A stretch of 60,874 bases of DNA from a virus. Location of the stretch: IMG/VR virus record IMGVR_UViG_3300045988_147447. The stretch is one strand, 5' to 3'. The notes beneath the pieces are model-generated. The model ran no database searches. It worked only from the letters and a program-made list of their open reading frames with translations, and was not told the origin of the DNA. Positions 46,354 to 55,209 of this stretch are shown in pieces (within the stretch, counting starts at the first letter, position 1; each line of letters begins with the position of its first letter). The position numbers and the translations under genes were made by a program.

Positions 46354-46587
46354 TCAGTTCCATTTTTGAGGCCGGTTGTTGATTCTTTCTAAGTATGTGG
46401 CTATCTTCTTTTCCGCATCCTCACCATCACGCACGAAAATACGTGTATACGTTTTGTCTCCAGGAACCGAAACATATCTTCCATGCTTTTCACGTTCACG
46501 CTGCTGGGCGATTTTCAGTTCGGTTCCAGAAGGGTTCTTCTCCAAATCCACTTTACGTGGAAGCATTGGGTCATTTTCCGTTATCAT
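46354..46587 (-). CDS. hypothetical protein
   Basis: 77-aa ORF 1 bp before the recombinase start. Confidence 0.45.
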   Translation of the reverse strand: MITENDPMLPRKVDLEKNPSGTELKIAQQREREKHGRYVSVPGDKTYTRIFVRDGEDAEKKIATYLERINNRPQKWN

Positions 46588-47030
46588 TTTGCAAGATATT
46601 TGTTGATTATGTTACTCACTACAAGTCCGGCTTCATCACACATCCCGGCAAAGTTGTCAGACAATGAAGCGTTTTTCTCTTCATCCGGTATTCGTACTAT
46701 GCTTCTCAGTTCTTTCAGTACGCGTTTCACCTGAAAAACTACCTGAGCATCTATTCCGTTTGATTCAAGTTCAGACTGGAACTCCAGTGCCGCACCCTCA
46801 AGTAAGTCTGAATAGATGAACAGCTTGTGCATCTTGCGAAGCATTTCTACCTTGAACTCCGGGGTATAGTCCTGAAGAAGTTCTCCCAAGGAATGCGGTT
46901 CCACCTCTCTTTCAAGGGAGTCAATCTTGTTCTTGATTTTCTGTGCTTTGGCAAAGTTCATGGATGAAATCAAGGCGATATACTTCTTTCTCAGTTCATT
47001 GAGCTTTCTTTCTGATTCTTGTCTTGTCAT
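46584..47030 (-). CDS. hypothetical helical protein
   Basis: 148-aa ORF with overlapping start/stop. Confidence 0.5.
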   Translation of the reverse strand: MTRQESERKLNELRKKYIALISSMNFAKAQKIKNKIDSLEREVEPHSLGELLQDYTPEFKVEMLRKMHKLFIYSDLLEGAALEFQSELESNGIDAQVVFQVKRVLKELRSIVRIPDEEKNASLSDNFAGMCDEAGLVVSNIINKYLAK

Positions 47031-47212
47031 TTCTCTACTTTTCTGATGATTAAATACTTTGGCTCACCCTTGCGGAGATTGCTTAATGTCTCCTCGTCAA
47101 CCTCTGCTTCTGTGAGTCCGTTCACGTTCATGTATTGTGGGAGACGGTATTTCTCACGTAACCTCCTGATCAGGTTCCAGTCACGAGTTACCCAGTTGAT
47201 TGTGATTTTCAT
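47027..47212 (-). CDS. hypothetical small protein
   Basis: 61-aa ORF with overlapping start/stop. Confidence 0.4.
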   Translation of the reverse strand: MKITINWVTRDWNLIRRLREKYRLPQYMNVNGLTEAEVDEETLSNLRKGEPKYLIIRKVEK

Positions 47213-47213
47213 A

Positions 47214-47798
47214 TCATTTTCTCAGACTTTCACCGCTGAAGAGGGCGGTTTTCGTTATCGCCCTCAGCCGGTCAATGGTTCTTTCCCCATATTTCTCTCT
47301 CAGCTCGTCTATCGTGAGATTGGTGGTCAGGATAAGAAGCTTTCCTTTCTTCTCGGCTTCGTCTGCCAGCTCAGCGAATGCAAGCCTTTTTTCGCCGTAT
47401 TTGACGCTAAGATTCTCTGTTCCTATATCGTCAACGTAGATGATGTGTTTTTGCTTCACAGCGTCTAAATCTGCATTCATCTGCTGTGCATCGTAGCAGC
47501 TTACCACCTTGCGGCAGTAATGGTTAAGAACCAAAGGAAGAATCTTTCCGCAGATAAGGGTCTTTCCGCGTCCGCAGTTGCCGAAACACAGAAGTCCGCG
47601 ACCTTCATTGCCGGCCAGCCAGCCTGCCACTTCTTCGTACTCAGGAAGCCATCTGGCATTTTCTCCAGTGAAGTACCTGATACCGGCCCAGAGAACTCTT
47701 TTGGCATCCGGAACGGTTATCTTTACGACGTTAGGAATAGGGGAGAAACCCGTATCTTTGAGCCGTTCGATTGTCTGTTGAAAATTTATCTGTTCCAT
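47214..47798 (-). CDS. DnaC/IstB-like AAA+ helicase loader
   Basis: Walker A GNCGRGKTLI and Walker B HIIYVDDIG. Follows the replication initiator. Confidence 0.7.
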   Translation of the reverse strand: MEQINFQQTIERLKDTGFSPIPNVVKITVPDAKRVLWAGIRYFTGENARWLPEYEEVAGWLAGNEGRGLLCFGNCGRGKTLICGKILPLVLNHYCRKVVSCYDAQQMNADLDAVKQKHIIYVDDIGTENLSVKYGEKRLAFAELADEAEKKGKLLILTTNLTIDELREKYGERTIDRLRAITKTALFSGESLRK

Positions 47799-47800
47799 GT

Positions 47801-48643
47801 TTACCAGCCTTTCTTGTATTTTCCCGGTGAATTATCCTTCAGAACTATGCCTACATCTGTTTTTGAAGGCACTTTCTCACGACTGGCCCAGGTCGCCAGC
47901 CGTCTTGGAAGCTCCCAGGTCTTTTCCAGTTCATAGCGCATCTTGGTTTCTGACTTGTTAAGCTCGCTCCAGTAATCGAAGAAAGCCCGAATCATTTCTT
48001 TCGGGTACTGACTGACATAAGGGACTAACGACTGGTAGAAGGATTCTTTCCTAGAGAGAGTAGCGGCTTTAGCCGCGTCTTTCTTTGCTACTACGTTAGT
48101 AGTAGTTTCTTTAATAATATTCTTCTCCTTTATTTGCTTTGTGTCACCCGTGTGTCGCTTTTCTGGCTCTTTGGCAGGGTGTGTCACCTGCTGTGTCGCC
48201 ACTTGTGTCATTAGCTGTGTCACTTGCATCCGTAAATTATTGATTTCCTGAATGATATTTATGTCACTCATTGTGTCATTGCTTGTGTCACTTACTGTGT
48301 CAGACTCTGAGCCATTATACTCATTGTACTTTACCAAGGTTATTACATTCATTCCTTGTTCTTTGGAAAGAGTTATCATGTTCTCTCTTCTCAGAAAGGC
48401 AAGAAACGTCCGTACTTTCCTCTCAGACCATTTCCAACGCTTTGATAAGAATCTTATGGATGCAGGATATTGTCCTCTTGTATAAGAGACTTCTCGACCT
48501 CCGATACTCTCCATACGGGGCGTTGCCTCAAATCGTGCTGACTGAATCAAGTCAAGCCACGCTTCGCAACTGCTAAAAGTCCGGGCTTCATTCCACATAT
48601 CATTCGAGAAGAACTTGCGGCTTAGTTTTATATATCCTTCCAT
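47801..48643 (-). CDS. replication initiator / replisome organizer
   Basis: 280 aa. The N-terminus GYIKLSRKFFSNDMWNE... is typical of phage replication proteins. It contains an iteron cluster and is followed by the loader gene. Confidence 0.6.
   Translation of the reverse strand: MEGYIKLSRKFFSNDMWNEARTFSSCEAWLDLIQSARFEATPRMESIGGREVSYTRGQYPASIRFLSKRWKWSERKVRTFLAFLRRENMITLSKEQGMNVITLVKYNEYNGSESDTVSDTSNDTMSDINIIQEINNLRMQVTQLMTQVATQQVTHPAKEPEKRHTGDTKQIKEKNIIKETTTNVVAKKDAAKAATLSRKESFYQSLVPYVSQYPKEMIRAFFDYWSELNKSETKMRYELEKTWELPRRLATWASREKVPSKTDVGIVLKDNSPGKYKKGW
48140..48303. repeat. iteron cluster (candidate phage origin) inside the initiator gene
   Basis: Ten copies of TGTGTCR(C/T), one of them degenerate, at 48140, 48151, 48180, 48192, 48204, 48216, 48260, 48272, 48284 and 48296. 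The two clusters are split by an AT-rich spacer at 48224-48259. Confidence 0.6.
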
Positions 48644-48647
48644 AATC

Positions 48648-49820
48648 TTAGAATCTTACGTTAGTCAACTGTCTGCTATTGGAGTACACGGCCCATTTAC
48701 CGTTTCCGCTATCCACCAGGCGTAAATCCTTGACTTCGCCAAATCGTTTCAGATTCCCGCAAAGGTCAACGATCCAGCCAGCCTCCTTGTTAGGATGCGG
48801 ACGGATGGCACGACCGACTATCTGATACCAAAGAGCCAGTGACATTGTCGGACGGGCCATGACAATCGTATCCAGTTCAGGATAGTCAAATCCGGTAGTA
48901 AGTACACCTACGTTGGCTACAACGGGTATCTCTCCGGCCTTGAACGCTTCAAGGATATGTTCGCGTTCTTTTTTCGGTGTTTCTCCTGAAACGATGGCTG
49001 TTCCGGGAATGGACCAGGTGAGACGTTCTGCTTCTTTCAAGAAACGGGTGAAAACCAATATACCTTTTCGTTTTACACCGCTCTTGGGATTCATAAGCCT
49101 TTGGACGATGCTCACCAGAAACCCGTAGAAGTCGATACGCTCATACTCTTTCACTACAGACTTGTCCGTGTAGTCGGCTCCGGTAGTGTTCACCTTCAGG
49201 TTAAGTTCGTTCCATCCCAAAGGATTCATCGGATAATAGTTCAGCTTCGAAAGATACCCCATATCCAATAGAGTAGAGATTTGAACCTGATAGATTACCT
49301 CAGAGAACACGCACGGGCGTGTGCGTGTGATGAACTTCAACATACTGCCGAAATCCCTGCTTGATGAAAGCCGGTAAGGCGTAGCCGTCAATCCAAGAAC
49401 TTTACATTTCAGCATCGAAAGAAATCTCTTGTACATTCCGTCTTTCGGGTTAACCAGATGGCACTCGTCGATGATGATATTCTGAAAATGCTGGAAAAGT
49501 TCCGGATGGTTGACTACGCTTCCGATAGTGGCGAAAGTTATTCTTGAAATCTCCTTTCGCCCGAATGAGGCAGAGTAGATGGAACAATCCAGAACACCAT
49601 ACGAACAGAGCTTCAGATAGTTCTGTTCTAGTATCTCCTTACTGGGCTGAAATACTAGCGTGTGCCCTTCAAGACGGCTGGCGATGTCGGCTATCACAAG
49701 ACTCTTGCCGGCTCCGGTAGGCAGTACCATGATGGCATTGTTCTTCTTGGCCCTGTTAGCAAAGAAGCTGACTGCAGCATTACTGGCCTTCTGCTGGTAA
49801 TCCCGTAAAACATAACTCAT
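48648..49820 (-). CDS. SF2 DEAD/DEAH-box DNA helicase
   Basis: Motif I VLPTGAGKS, II IIIDECH, III GLTATP, V VLTTGFDYP, VI QIVGRAIR. Confidence 0.85.
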   Translation of the reverse strand: MSYVLRDYQQKASNAAVSFFANRAKKNNAIMVLPTGAGKSLVIADIASRLEGHTLVFQPSKEILEQNYLKLCSYGVLDCSIYSASFGRKEISRITFATIGSVVNHPELFQHFQNIIIDECHLVNPKDGMYKRFLSMLKCKVLGLTATPYRLSSSRDFGSMLKFITRTRPCVFSEVIYQVQISTLLDMGYLSKLNYYPMNPLGWNELNLKVNTTGADYTDKSVVKEYERIDFYGFLVSIVQRLMNPKSGVKRKGILVFTRFLKEAERLTWSIPGTAIVSGETPKKEREHILEAFKAGEIPVVANVGVLTTGFDYPELDTIVMARPTMSLALWYQIVGRAIRPHPNKEAGWIVDLCGNLKRFGEVKDLRLVDSGNGKWAVYSNSRQLTNVRF

Positions 49821-50290
49821 AATCCTTTCTCCTTACTCAGTTTGTCTCCCAAAGCCTTGTAATACTTGGTGAGTTCTATTAATTCAAAATCAGTCCATTT
49901 CTTCGCCTGGCTTGCTCTCCATGCCAGCTTGTCGAAGCGTTGCTGACCGATTTTTGATTTCAAGTTTTTCTCGTAATGTATCAGATGGTCTGCGCTGAAA
50001 CGGTTGCACGCCCGGCACTCTGCGTGGGCATTGTCCTCGTCAAAGCGTGTAGCCATGTGGCGGCGCGAATGGAAGTGTCCGCAATCTGCCTGTTCGTATG
50101 GCTTTATCTGGGCGCATGAGATACAACGGAAATACCCGTTCGGCATACAATCACGAAGCCGGATATAGCGGCTGAAAACTTTGTCGAGTTTGGCCACTAA
50201 ATCCGGCTTCTTTTTAATCTTGATACCTGCCTTATCGAATAACGGCAAAGGCTTTTCTTTCTTCTTTTTAGGTTTCTTGATGTAATACAT
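49817..50290 (-). CDS. ninG: NinG-like protein
   Basis: FRCISC...CGHFHSRRHMATRFDEDNAHAECRACN is the NinG Cys/His pattern. Confidence 0.65.
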   Translation of the reverse strand: MYYIKKPKKKKEKPLPLFDKAGIKIKKKPDLVAKLDKVFSRYIRLRDCMPNGYFRCISCAQIKPYEQADCGHFHSRRHMATRFDEDNAHAECRACNRFSADHLIHYEKNLKSKIGQQRFDKLAWRASQAKKWTDFELIELTKYYKALGDKLSKEKGL

Positions 50291-50292
50291 AT

Positions 50293-50808
50293 TTATAAAG
50301 CCTTATAATCATTCATACTACCCCAATAACCATATATTTCTTCATCACTCTCACCATTAAGCCGAGCTTTTTCTATTTCTTTATTCATGCTATGTGAAAG
50401 ACCAGTCAAATCTCCTGAAAGACTTTCGAATGACGAACATTCTTTCGTACTATTTCTGCGTATTTTGTGTGTAATGTATTTTTCAATACTGTTGAATATT
50501 GGATTATCCTTTTCAGACATTCTTAAAGATATATATCCATAATTGAATGTAAATGGAGTATTTAACTTTTCATATGACTCTCTGTCTTTTATATGCTTAT
50601 ACATCATTTCAACCGGAAAAGTCATTGGCAAGCGTTCCTTCTTAATCATTATGGCTATCGCATCATATAAAGCCTGTTCTTGATCTGTCAGCTTAAACCA
50701 GTTGATATTCTCAAAGCACCACATGATATAACCAATATGAGTAAGTATGATATACTTTATCTCTTGTCCTTTGTATTTCCCAAATGTTAATTTCCGTTCT
50801 TCTTTCAT
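50293..50808 (-). CDS. hypothetical protein with a DUF3820-like N-terminus
   Basis: LTFGKYKGQEIKYI motif. Confidence 0.4.
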   Translation of the reverse strand: MKEERKLTFGKYKGQEIKYIILTHIGYIMWCFENINWFKLTDQEQALYDAIAIMIKKERLPMTFPVEMMYKHIKDRESYEKLNTPFTFNYGYISLRMSEKDNPIFNSIEKYITHKIRRNSTKECSSFESLSGDLTGLSHSMNKEIEKARLNGESDEEIYGYWGSMNDYKAL

Positions 50809-50828
50809 AATAATTCCATTATTGGTTG

Positions 50829-50948
50829 TGGACGCAACGGGAATCGAACCCGCCCAACCATCACGGTTTTACTTGCTCATATATTAGCTAATTCAATGGG
50901 ACAAGTGTATGGAGATATTGCGCAATTACTCCATACTAAAGCACGTCC
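50829..50948 (-). ncRNA. 120-nt tRNA-like cloverleaf with oversized D- and anticodon-position arms
   Basis: On the minus strand: acceptor GGACGTG/TGCGTCC (2 G-U pairs) plus discriminator A, and T-arm GCGGG-TTCGATT-CCCGT. An 8-bp hairpin GTATGGAG/CTCCATAC and a 6-bp hairpin ACTTGT/GCAAGT replace the D and anticodon arms. Confidence 0.4.
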
Positions 50949-50992
50949 TGTGCTTGCGCCCGTATGCCCGTCTTTCCGGGCGTTTATTCATG

Positions 50993-51799
50993 CTATTTCG
51001 TTATTTTTAAAAACTCAGGGGCAATTCCATAAAGTGGTGTACGGCCATCCCATTTATCTATGAATTGCTTATAGAGTATTTCTTTAGTCAACCCACGTGA
51101 TTGAATGATAGCCTGTTCTGTTTTTAATTGCTCCAATTCGTTGCGTTTCTTCTGCTCTGCAATCTGCTGGTCTAATACAGATATATTGGTATTCACCTCA
51201 TTACGACTATCAATCTTCTCACGCACAGCCTTTGAAAATTCAAGCTGTGCAGAAAAAGTCAGCAATTGAAGCCCTCTTTTCTCAAATTCTTTATCCACAA
51301 TCTGCTCCAACCGCTTTTCAAAAAGAAGAGAACCACCGTCAGCCATTAAACTGTCTGTCTTGTGCTTACGGCTTTCTTCTTTGATTAAATCATAAATACG
51401 AGGTTCAAGTATATTATCTTCAAGGCTTTGCATAAACCCGTCTTTTCCTGATTCTGTATCAGCTTTATCTATATGTTTGTTATCGAATACAACATCTATA
51501 GCTCTATTCTTGATAACTTTATAAGAATAAGTAGGACGTGCGTTAAATTCAGTGTTATCAGCAGCCTTCAATGTGACAGGTTCAGCAAATTCCCCTCTTT
51601 GGTCAAACAATGGAACTTGAAACAATTCAGTGCCCCATTCCCAAGTGGAAACTTTACCGGACACTACCTTAAAATCCTCTTTTCCTTGCTTCCCATAGTT
51701 CTCCATTAGAACACCGGCATAATTAGGGGCTACTCTTTCGCATGAAGCAAATACCACTAAGGTCATACAGACCAACATTAGATTAATCAATCTTTTCAT
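50993..51799 (-). CDS. SPFH/band-7 domain lipoprotein
   Basis: Signal plus lipobox VVFASC. The region YAGVLMENYGKQGKEDFKVVSGKVSTWEWGTELFQVPLFDQ is SPFH-like. Confidence 0.55.
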   Translation of the reverse strand: MKRLINLMLVCMTLVVFASCERVAPNYAGVLMENYGKQGKEDFKVVSGKVSTWEWGTELFQVPLFDQRGEFAEPVTLKAADNTEFNARPTYSYKVIKNRAIDVVFDNKHIDKADTESGKDGFMQSLEDNILEPRIYDLIKEESRKHKTDSLMADGGSLLFEKRLEQIVDKEFEKRGLQLLTFSAQLEFSKAVREKIDSRNEVNTNISVLDQQIAEQKKRNELEQLKTEQAIIQSRGLTKEILYKQFIDKWDGRTPLYGIAPEFLKITK

Positions 51800-51950
51800 T
51801 CTTCAAATTTTTAATTAGTTTATAAACGAAATAAATCACTGTGGCTGATATTATTACCACGCCCAGCCAAGCGTTGAGGTGATTGAATATTCTGTTTCCG
51901 ATAGATACTCCGACTACCAGAAACAGAATTAAATAAATTTGCTTTCTCAT
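51783..51950 (-). CDS. 55-aa two-TM membrane protein upstream of the SPFH gene (not in the ORF track)
   Basis: My translation is MRKQIYLILFLVVGVSIGNRIFNHLNAWLGVVIISATVIYFVYKLIKNLKNEKID*. It overlaps the SPFH start by 17 nt. Confidence 0.4.
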   Translation of the reverse strand: MRKQIYLILFLVVGVSIGNRIFNHLNAWLGVVIISATVIYFVYKLIKNLKNEKID

Positions 51951-51952
51951 TG

Positions 51953-52690
51953 TTACACCTCAATGATTACGATGTCAGGTGCAACACCTTTGATTGCTTC
52001 AACCTGTTTGTCAATCACCTTATTCTTGTATTCTTCAATGGCCTCATTCGCACCGGCAGAAACCAAAGAAAGGGAAACTTCCCGTCCGTCCACATCGGCG
52101 TAGATTTCAACTTCGATTTCTTCACAGGCAAAACCTTTGAAAAGAGGGATATTCAGTTTGAACGATTTTGGCAGATTGGAATCAACCACTTGAGAATAGT
52201 TATCCGTCTTGTTTCCGTTTTCCTCTTTACTACGTTCTATATCCTGGTTTACTTTCGCCTTGAAATTCTTCAAAGTAGAAACCAGCATCATGTTCTCAGA
52301 CTTATCCTTGAAGAAGGCACGGTGCATCTTGAAGAACTGGGACAATTTGATAGGTTCCCATTTCCTTTCCGCATTGATACCGAACTCCTGCATTTCCTTT
52401 GAAGCCTGTAAAACTCCACTAATTACTGTCTGGTAATAATTGGTTTCATCAATAGTCAAAGCCAGACACATCTTATCACGGTTCACAATGATATTGGCCG
52501 ATTTCTGATTAATCAGTTCGACACGCTTTTCCAGCCATCTGAAGGGTGCTTCTATCGTTCCATTGATAACTACTCTCTCCGGTTCTTTCGGGTCAAGGGC
52601 TACGGATGCTTTACCTTCTCTCAATACTACTTCGATGGGGGTACCATTGTACTCTTTCGGTACTACCAAATTGATTTTGTTTTCACTCAT
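51953..52690 (-). CDS. hypothetical protein
   Basis: 245-aa ORF in the array. Confidence 0.55.
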   Translation of the reverse strand: MSENKINLVVPKEYNGTPIEVVLREGKASVALDPKEPERVVINGTIEAPFRWLEKRVELINQKSANIIVNRDKMCLALTIDETNYYQTVISGVLQASKEMQEFGINAERKWEPIKLSQFFKMHRAFFKDKSENMMLVSTLKNFKAKVNQDIERSKEENGNKTDNYSQVVDSNLPKSFKLNIPLFKGFACEEIEVEIYADVDGREVSLSLVSAGANEAIEEYKNKVIDKQVEAIKGVAPDIVIIEV

Positions 52691-53124
52691 GATTCTGTTC
52701 CAGTTTTACGGTTAATACTAAATACTGTCTTCTGCATTTCTTGTGGCATGATTGGGCGGCTATAAACCAGTTCACCTAACTTGTTGTAGAATCCTACCAT
52801 CTTTTCTTTATGGTATAGGAATTTTGCACATTCTTCATTCTCGACGAACTCCGAACCTCTTTTGATGTGGTCCAAAAGTTCCTGCTTTTCTTCATTCAAA
52901 GGCTTCAATCGTTCTTTGAAGCTTTCCATAGCCTCTTTCTTCTCCAACTCAACATCGTTGATGGTGATTGATACCTCGGCCAAAGTCTCTTTCTTCTGAG
53001 CCAGTTCTTCGGGGGTGAATCGGTGAGTATATCCGATTTTCTCTACCGCATCGGCGTTGTCCTGAAGGAACTGCCATCGTTCCTGTTCAGGGATGTCTTG
53101 TCCTAAAAATTTGTCCATAGTCAA
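52687..53124 (-). CDS. hypothetical protein
   Basis: 145-aa ORF with a 4-nt overlap. Confidence 0.55.
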   Translation of the reverse strand: MTMDKFLGQDIPEQERWQFLQDNADAVEKIGYTHRFTPEELAQKKETLAEVSITINDVELEKKEAMESFKERLKPLNEEKQELLDHIKRGSEFVENEECAKFLYHKEKMVGFYNKLGELVYSRPIMPQEMQKTVFSINRKTGTES

Positions 53125-53155
53125 ATAAACTCTTTGTTACGTTCGATTTAATTTA

Positions 53156-53695
53156 TTATTCAAACTTCCAACAATATCCACCAGCAGTTTTTCTTTTATG
53201 ATAACAGCAAAGTGAAATATTTCGGTAATCTACACCAGTATCTCTATAAGCATCCATCAATGTTAAATGGCGTTTTATCAAAACTCCATTTTTATCCAAT
53301 TGAAGAACCACCTTTCCTTGCGATATAGCTCTACGTCTTTTAGCTGTACCGTAATTAAGATTGTAAGCATGGCTACACCATTCAAGATTTCCTACATTGT
53401 TGTTTGTTTTGTTTTCATCTTTATGATTTACAACTGGATAATTATGAGGATTAGGCAAGAAAGATTCAGCCACTAAACGATGAATGTTTACTGTATGAAT
53501 ACTTCCATCTTTGAATAGATTTACGCATCTATATCCACATCTGTTTTGTGGTTTCAAAATATGTGGTTTCTTTTTCATTAACTCGCCATTTTGAAGCCTT
53601 ACATGACTGCATATAGATTTAACCCGTCCCATATCTGATACTTGATATAAACCTTCATATCCGGATATATCTTTCCAATTCTCACCCATCCCCAT
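53156..53695 (-). CDS. HNH homing endonuclease (NUMOD4 plus HNH_3)
   Basis: WKDISGYEGLYQVSDMGRVKS (NUMOD4). HRLVAESFLPNP...VNHKDENKTNNNVGNLEW (HNH). Confidence 0.8.
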   Translation of the reverse strand: MGMGENWKDISGYEGLYQVSDMGRVKSICSHVRLQNGELMKKKPHILKPQNRCGYRCVNLFKDGSIHTVNIHRLVAESFLPNPHNYPVVNHKDENKTNNNVGNLEWCSHAYNLNYGTAKRRRAISQGKVVLQLDKNGVLIKRHLTLMDAYRDTGVDYRNISLCCYHKRKTAGGYCWKFE

Positions 53696-54137
53696 AGCTT
53701 AGAAATTCTTTATCTTTTTCTATCTCTTGTTGAATATGTAATAGAAACTCATTCTCGTTAGGACTTGGTAAATATATTCCTGCTTTAGCACTAGAATAAT
53801 TCCGAAATCTTTCAATAGCGAGAGTCATTTCTCCCGTACTCAGTTCAGACGAGCTTCTCAAAGTTTTTATAATCTTTCCTTTTTTGTTCGTCTTTTCTTT
53901 CTCGAATATATCCCTATTACATAACCTCTTGAAAATATCGATTTTAACTTCCTCTACACTATAACCTGTTTCACTTGCGAACCAATTTAGAAGCAAATAG
54001 AAGTATCTGTTCTGGGCGAGCGTGCGGTTGGGCAGCTTCTTTCTCACTTCCACAACCGCCCGCTCCTGGAACAGTTTGTTTACATAAGCCTTGAACTTGG
54101 GTATATCGTATTCATTCTTCAGATTGAATATGCTCAT
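53682..54137 (-). CDS. hypothetical protein (NinB-like?)
   Basis: 151 aa. The RTLAQNRYFYLLLNW motif and the position next to ssb fit. Weak call. Confidence 0.35.
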   Translation of the reverse strand: MSIFNLKNEYDIPKFKAYVNKLFQERAVVEVRKKLPNRTLAQNRYFYLLLNWFASETGYSVEEVKIDIFKRLCNRDIFEKEKTNKKGKIIKTLRSSSELSTGEMTLAIERFRNYSSAKAGIYLPSPNENEFLLHIQQEIEKDKEFLSYGDG

Positions 54138-54140
54138 AGG

Positions 54141-54587
54141 CTAGAACGGTAAGTCATCTTTGGGATTTCCATTCGCATCTACATCAGGTGGAAACGCCTG
54201 TGCCATGGTTGGCGTTTGTGTCGGTGACGGTTGCTGTGCTGGCACGGATGCTGGCTGGTGCATTGGCTGACGGCCTTCCAGTTTATAGCAGCGGATGGAC
54301 ACCATACGTTTTAGTTGTCCGTCCTGATTTGTCCATTCCCGACCTTGGAGGGAAAAGGAAACCGTTATTACATCACCGGTTCTGAACTGGTCAAGTTCGG
54401 CACATTTGTCACCACTTACTTCAAGAGGTAGAATGTTCTCGTACTGGCTTCGTTCACCTGTATAGGGGTCATAGGTTGTGGCATCAAGAATAAATTCACG
54501 TTTCACAAACGGGTTGCCACCGCTTTTGGATGGGATTTCTTGGGGCTGGCCAATATAGACCAGCCGTCCAGTTATTTGATTTGCCAT
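54141..54587 (-). CDS. ssb: single-stranded DNA-binding protein
   Basis: OB-fold N-terminus, a Pro/Gln-rich linker and the acidic tail DDLPF. Confidence 0.85.
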   Translation of the reverse strand: MANQITGRLVYIGQPQEIPSKSGGNPFVKREFILDATTYDPYTGERSQYENILPLEVSGDKCAELDQFRTGDVITVSFSLQGREWTNQDGQLKRMVSIRCYKLEGRQPMHQPASVPAQQPSPTQTPTMAQAFPPDVDANGNPKDDLPF

Positions 54588-54588
54588 A

Positions 54589-55209
54589 TTAGTTTGAATA
54601 AAAATCTTTTATCTGTTGGAAAATCTGTCCACGTCGTTTTATTTCTGCAATTGCCTGTTCGTCACGAGTGATACGGATTTTACAATACTCATTGGGAAGG
54701 ATATTACGATGCCAGTTGGCTTCGTCGTCGTAGGTTGTTACAGACAGAAAAACAAGGTTACAGCTTTTAAGATGAGTGCAAAAGAGTTGTTCCTGAACCT
54801 GATAATAATAAGCTTTATGCTTCTTCTTGACGTATTCGATTAAAGCTTTGTTGTCATGCTTGATAGGCTCAATAAAATCAAGGTAATCTGAAAGATAAAG
54901 AGTCTTTAATTCATCAAAATCAGTTAACTTTCCTTTATCGATACAAGCAAAGTCCAGGCTGCACTTGAACACGTTCATTTCATCTGACCTGACAACATAC
55001 TGAGTAAAGTAGTTGTCAGGCAAAGTGAGAAGATACCTGTTCTCAAGAATGGCTCCCGTACGTAAAGCATCTATAGGGCTGGCAAAAGCATTGTAATAAG
55101 GCTTTATCCCGCTGACGAAACGCTGCATGAGGGCGATATGTGATTTCGTATTCTTACCACTCATCAAGGCATGAACGTCACCGCTTCCTATGTACATGGT
55201 TTCTGTCAT
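54589..55209 (-). CDS. YqaJ/lambda-Exo-like PD-(D/E)XK exonuclease
   Basis: IGSGDVHALMSG N-terminus and DFACID...FDELKT (D...ExK). Paired with the Erf-like annealase. Confidence 0.55.
   Translation of the reverse strand: MTETMYIGSGDVHALMSGKNTKSHIALMQRFVSGIKPYYNAFASPIDALRTGAILENRYLLTLPDNYFTQYVVRSDEMNVFKCSLDFACIDKGKLTDFDELKTLYLSDYLDFIEPIKHDNKALIEYVKKKHKAYYYQVQEQLFCTHLKSCNLVFLSVTTYDDEANWHRNILPNEYCKIRITRDEQAIAEIKRRGQIFQQIKDFYSN

Noticed and set aside
48140-48303. CRISPR-like array.
   Set aside because: The repeats are only 8 bp with irregular 3-20-bp spacing. They lie inside a coding sequence, and no cas genes are present. They fit iterons instead.
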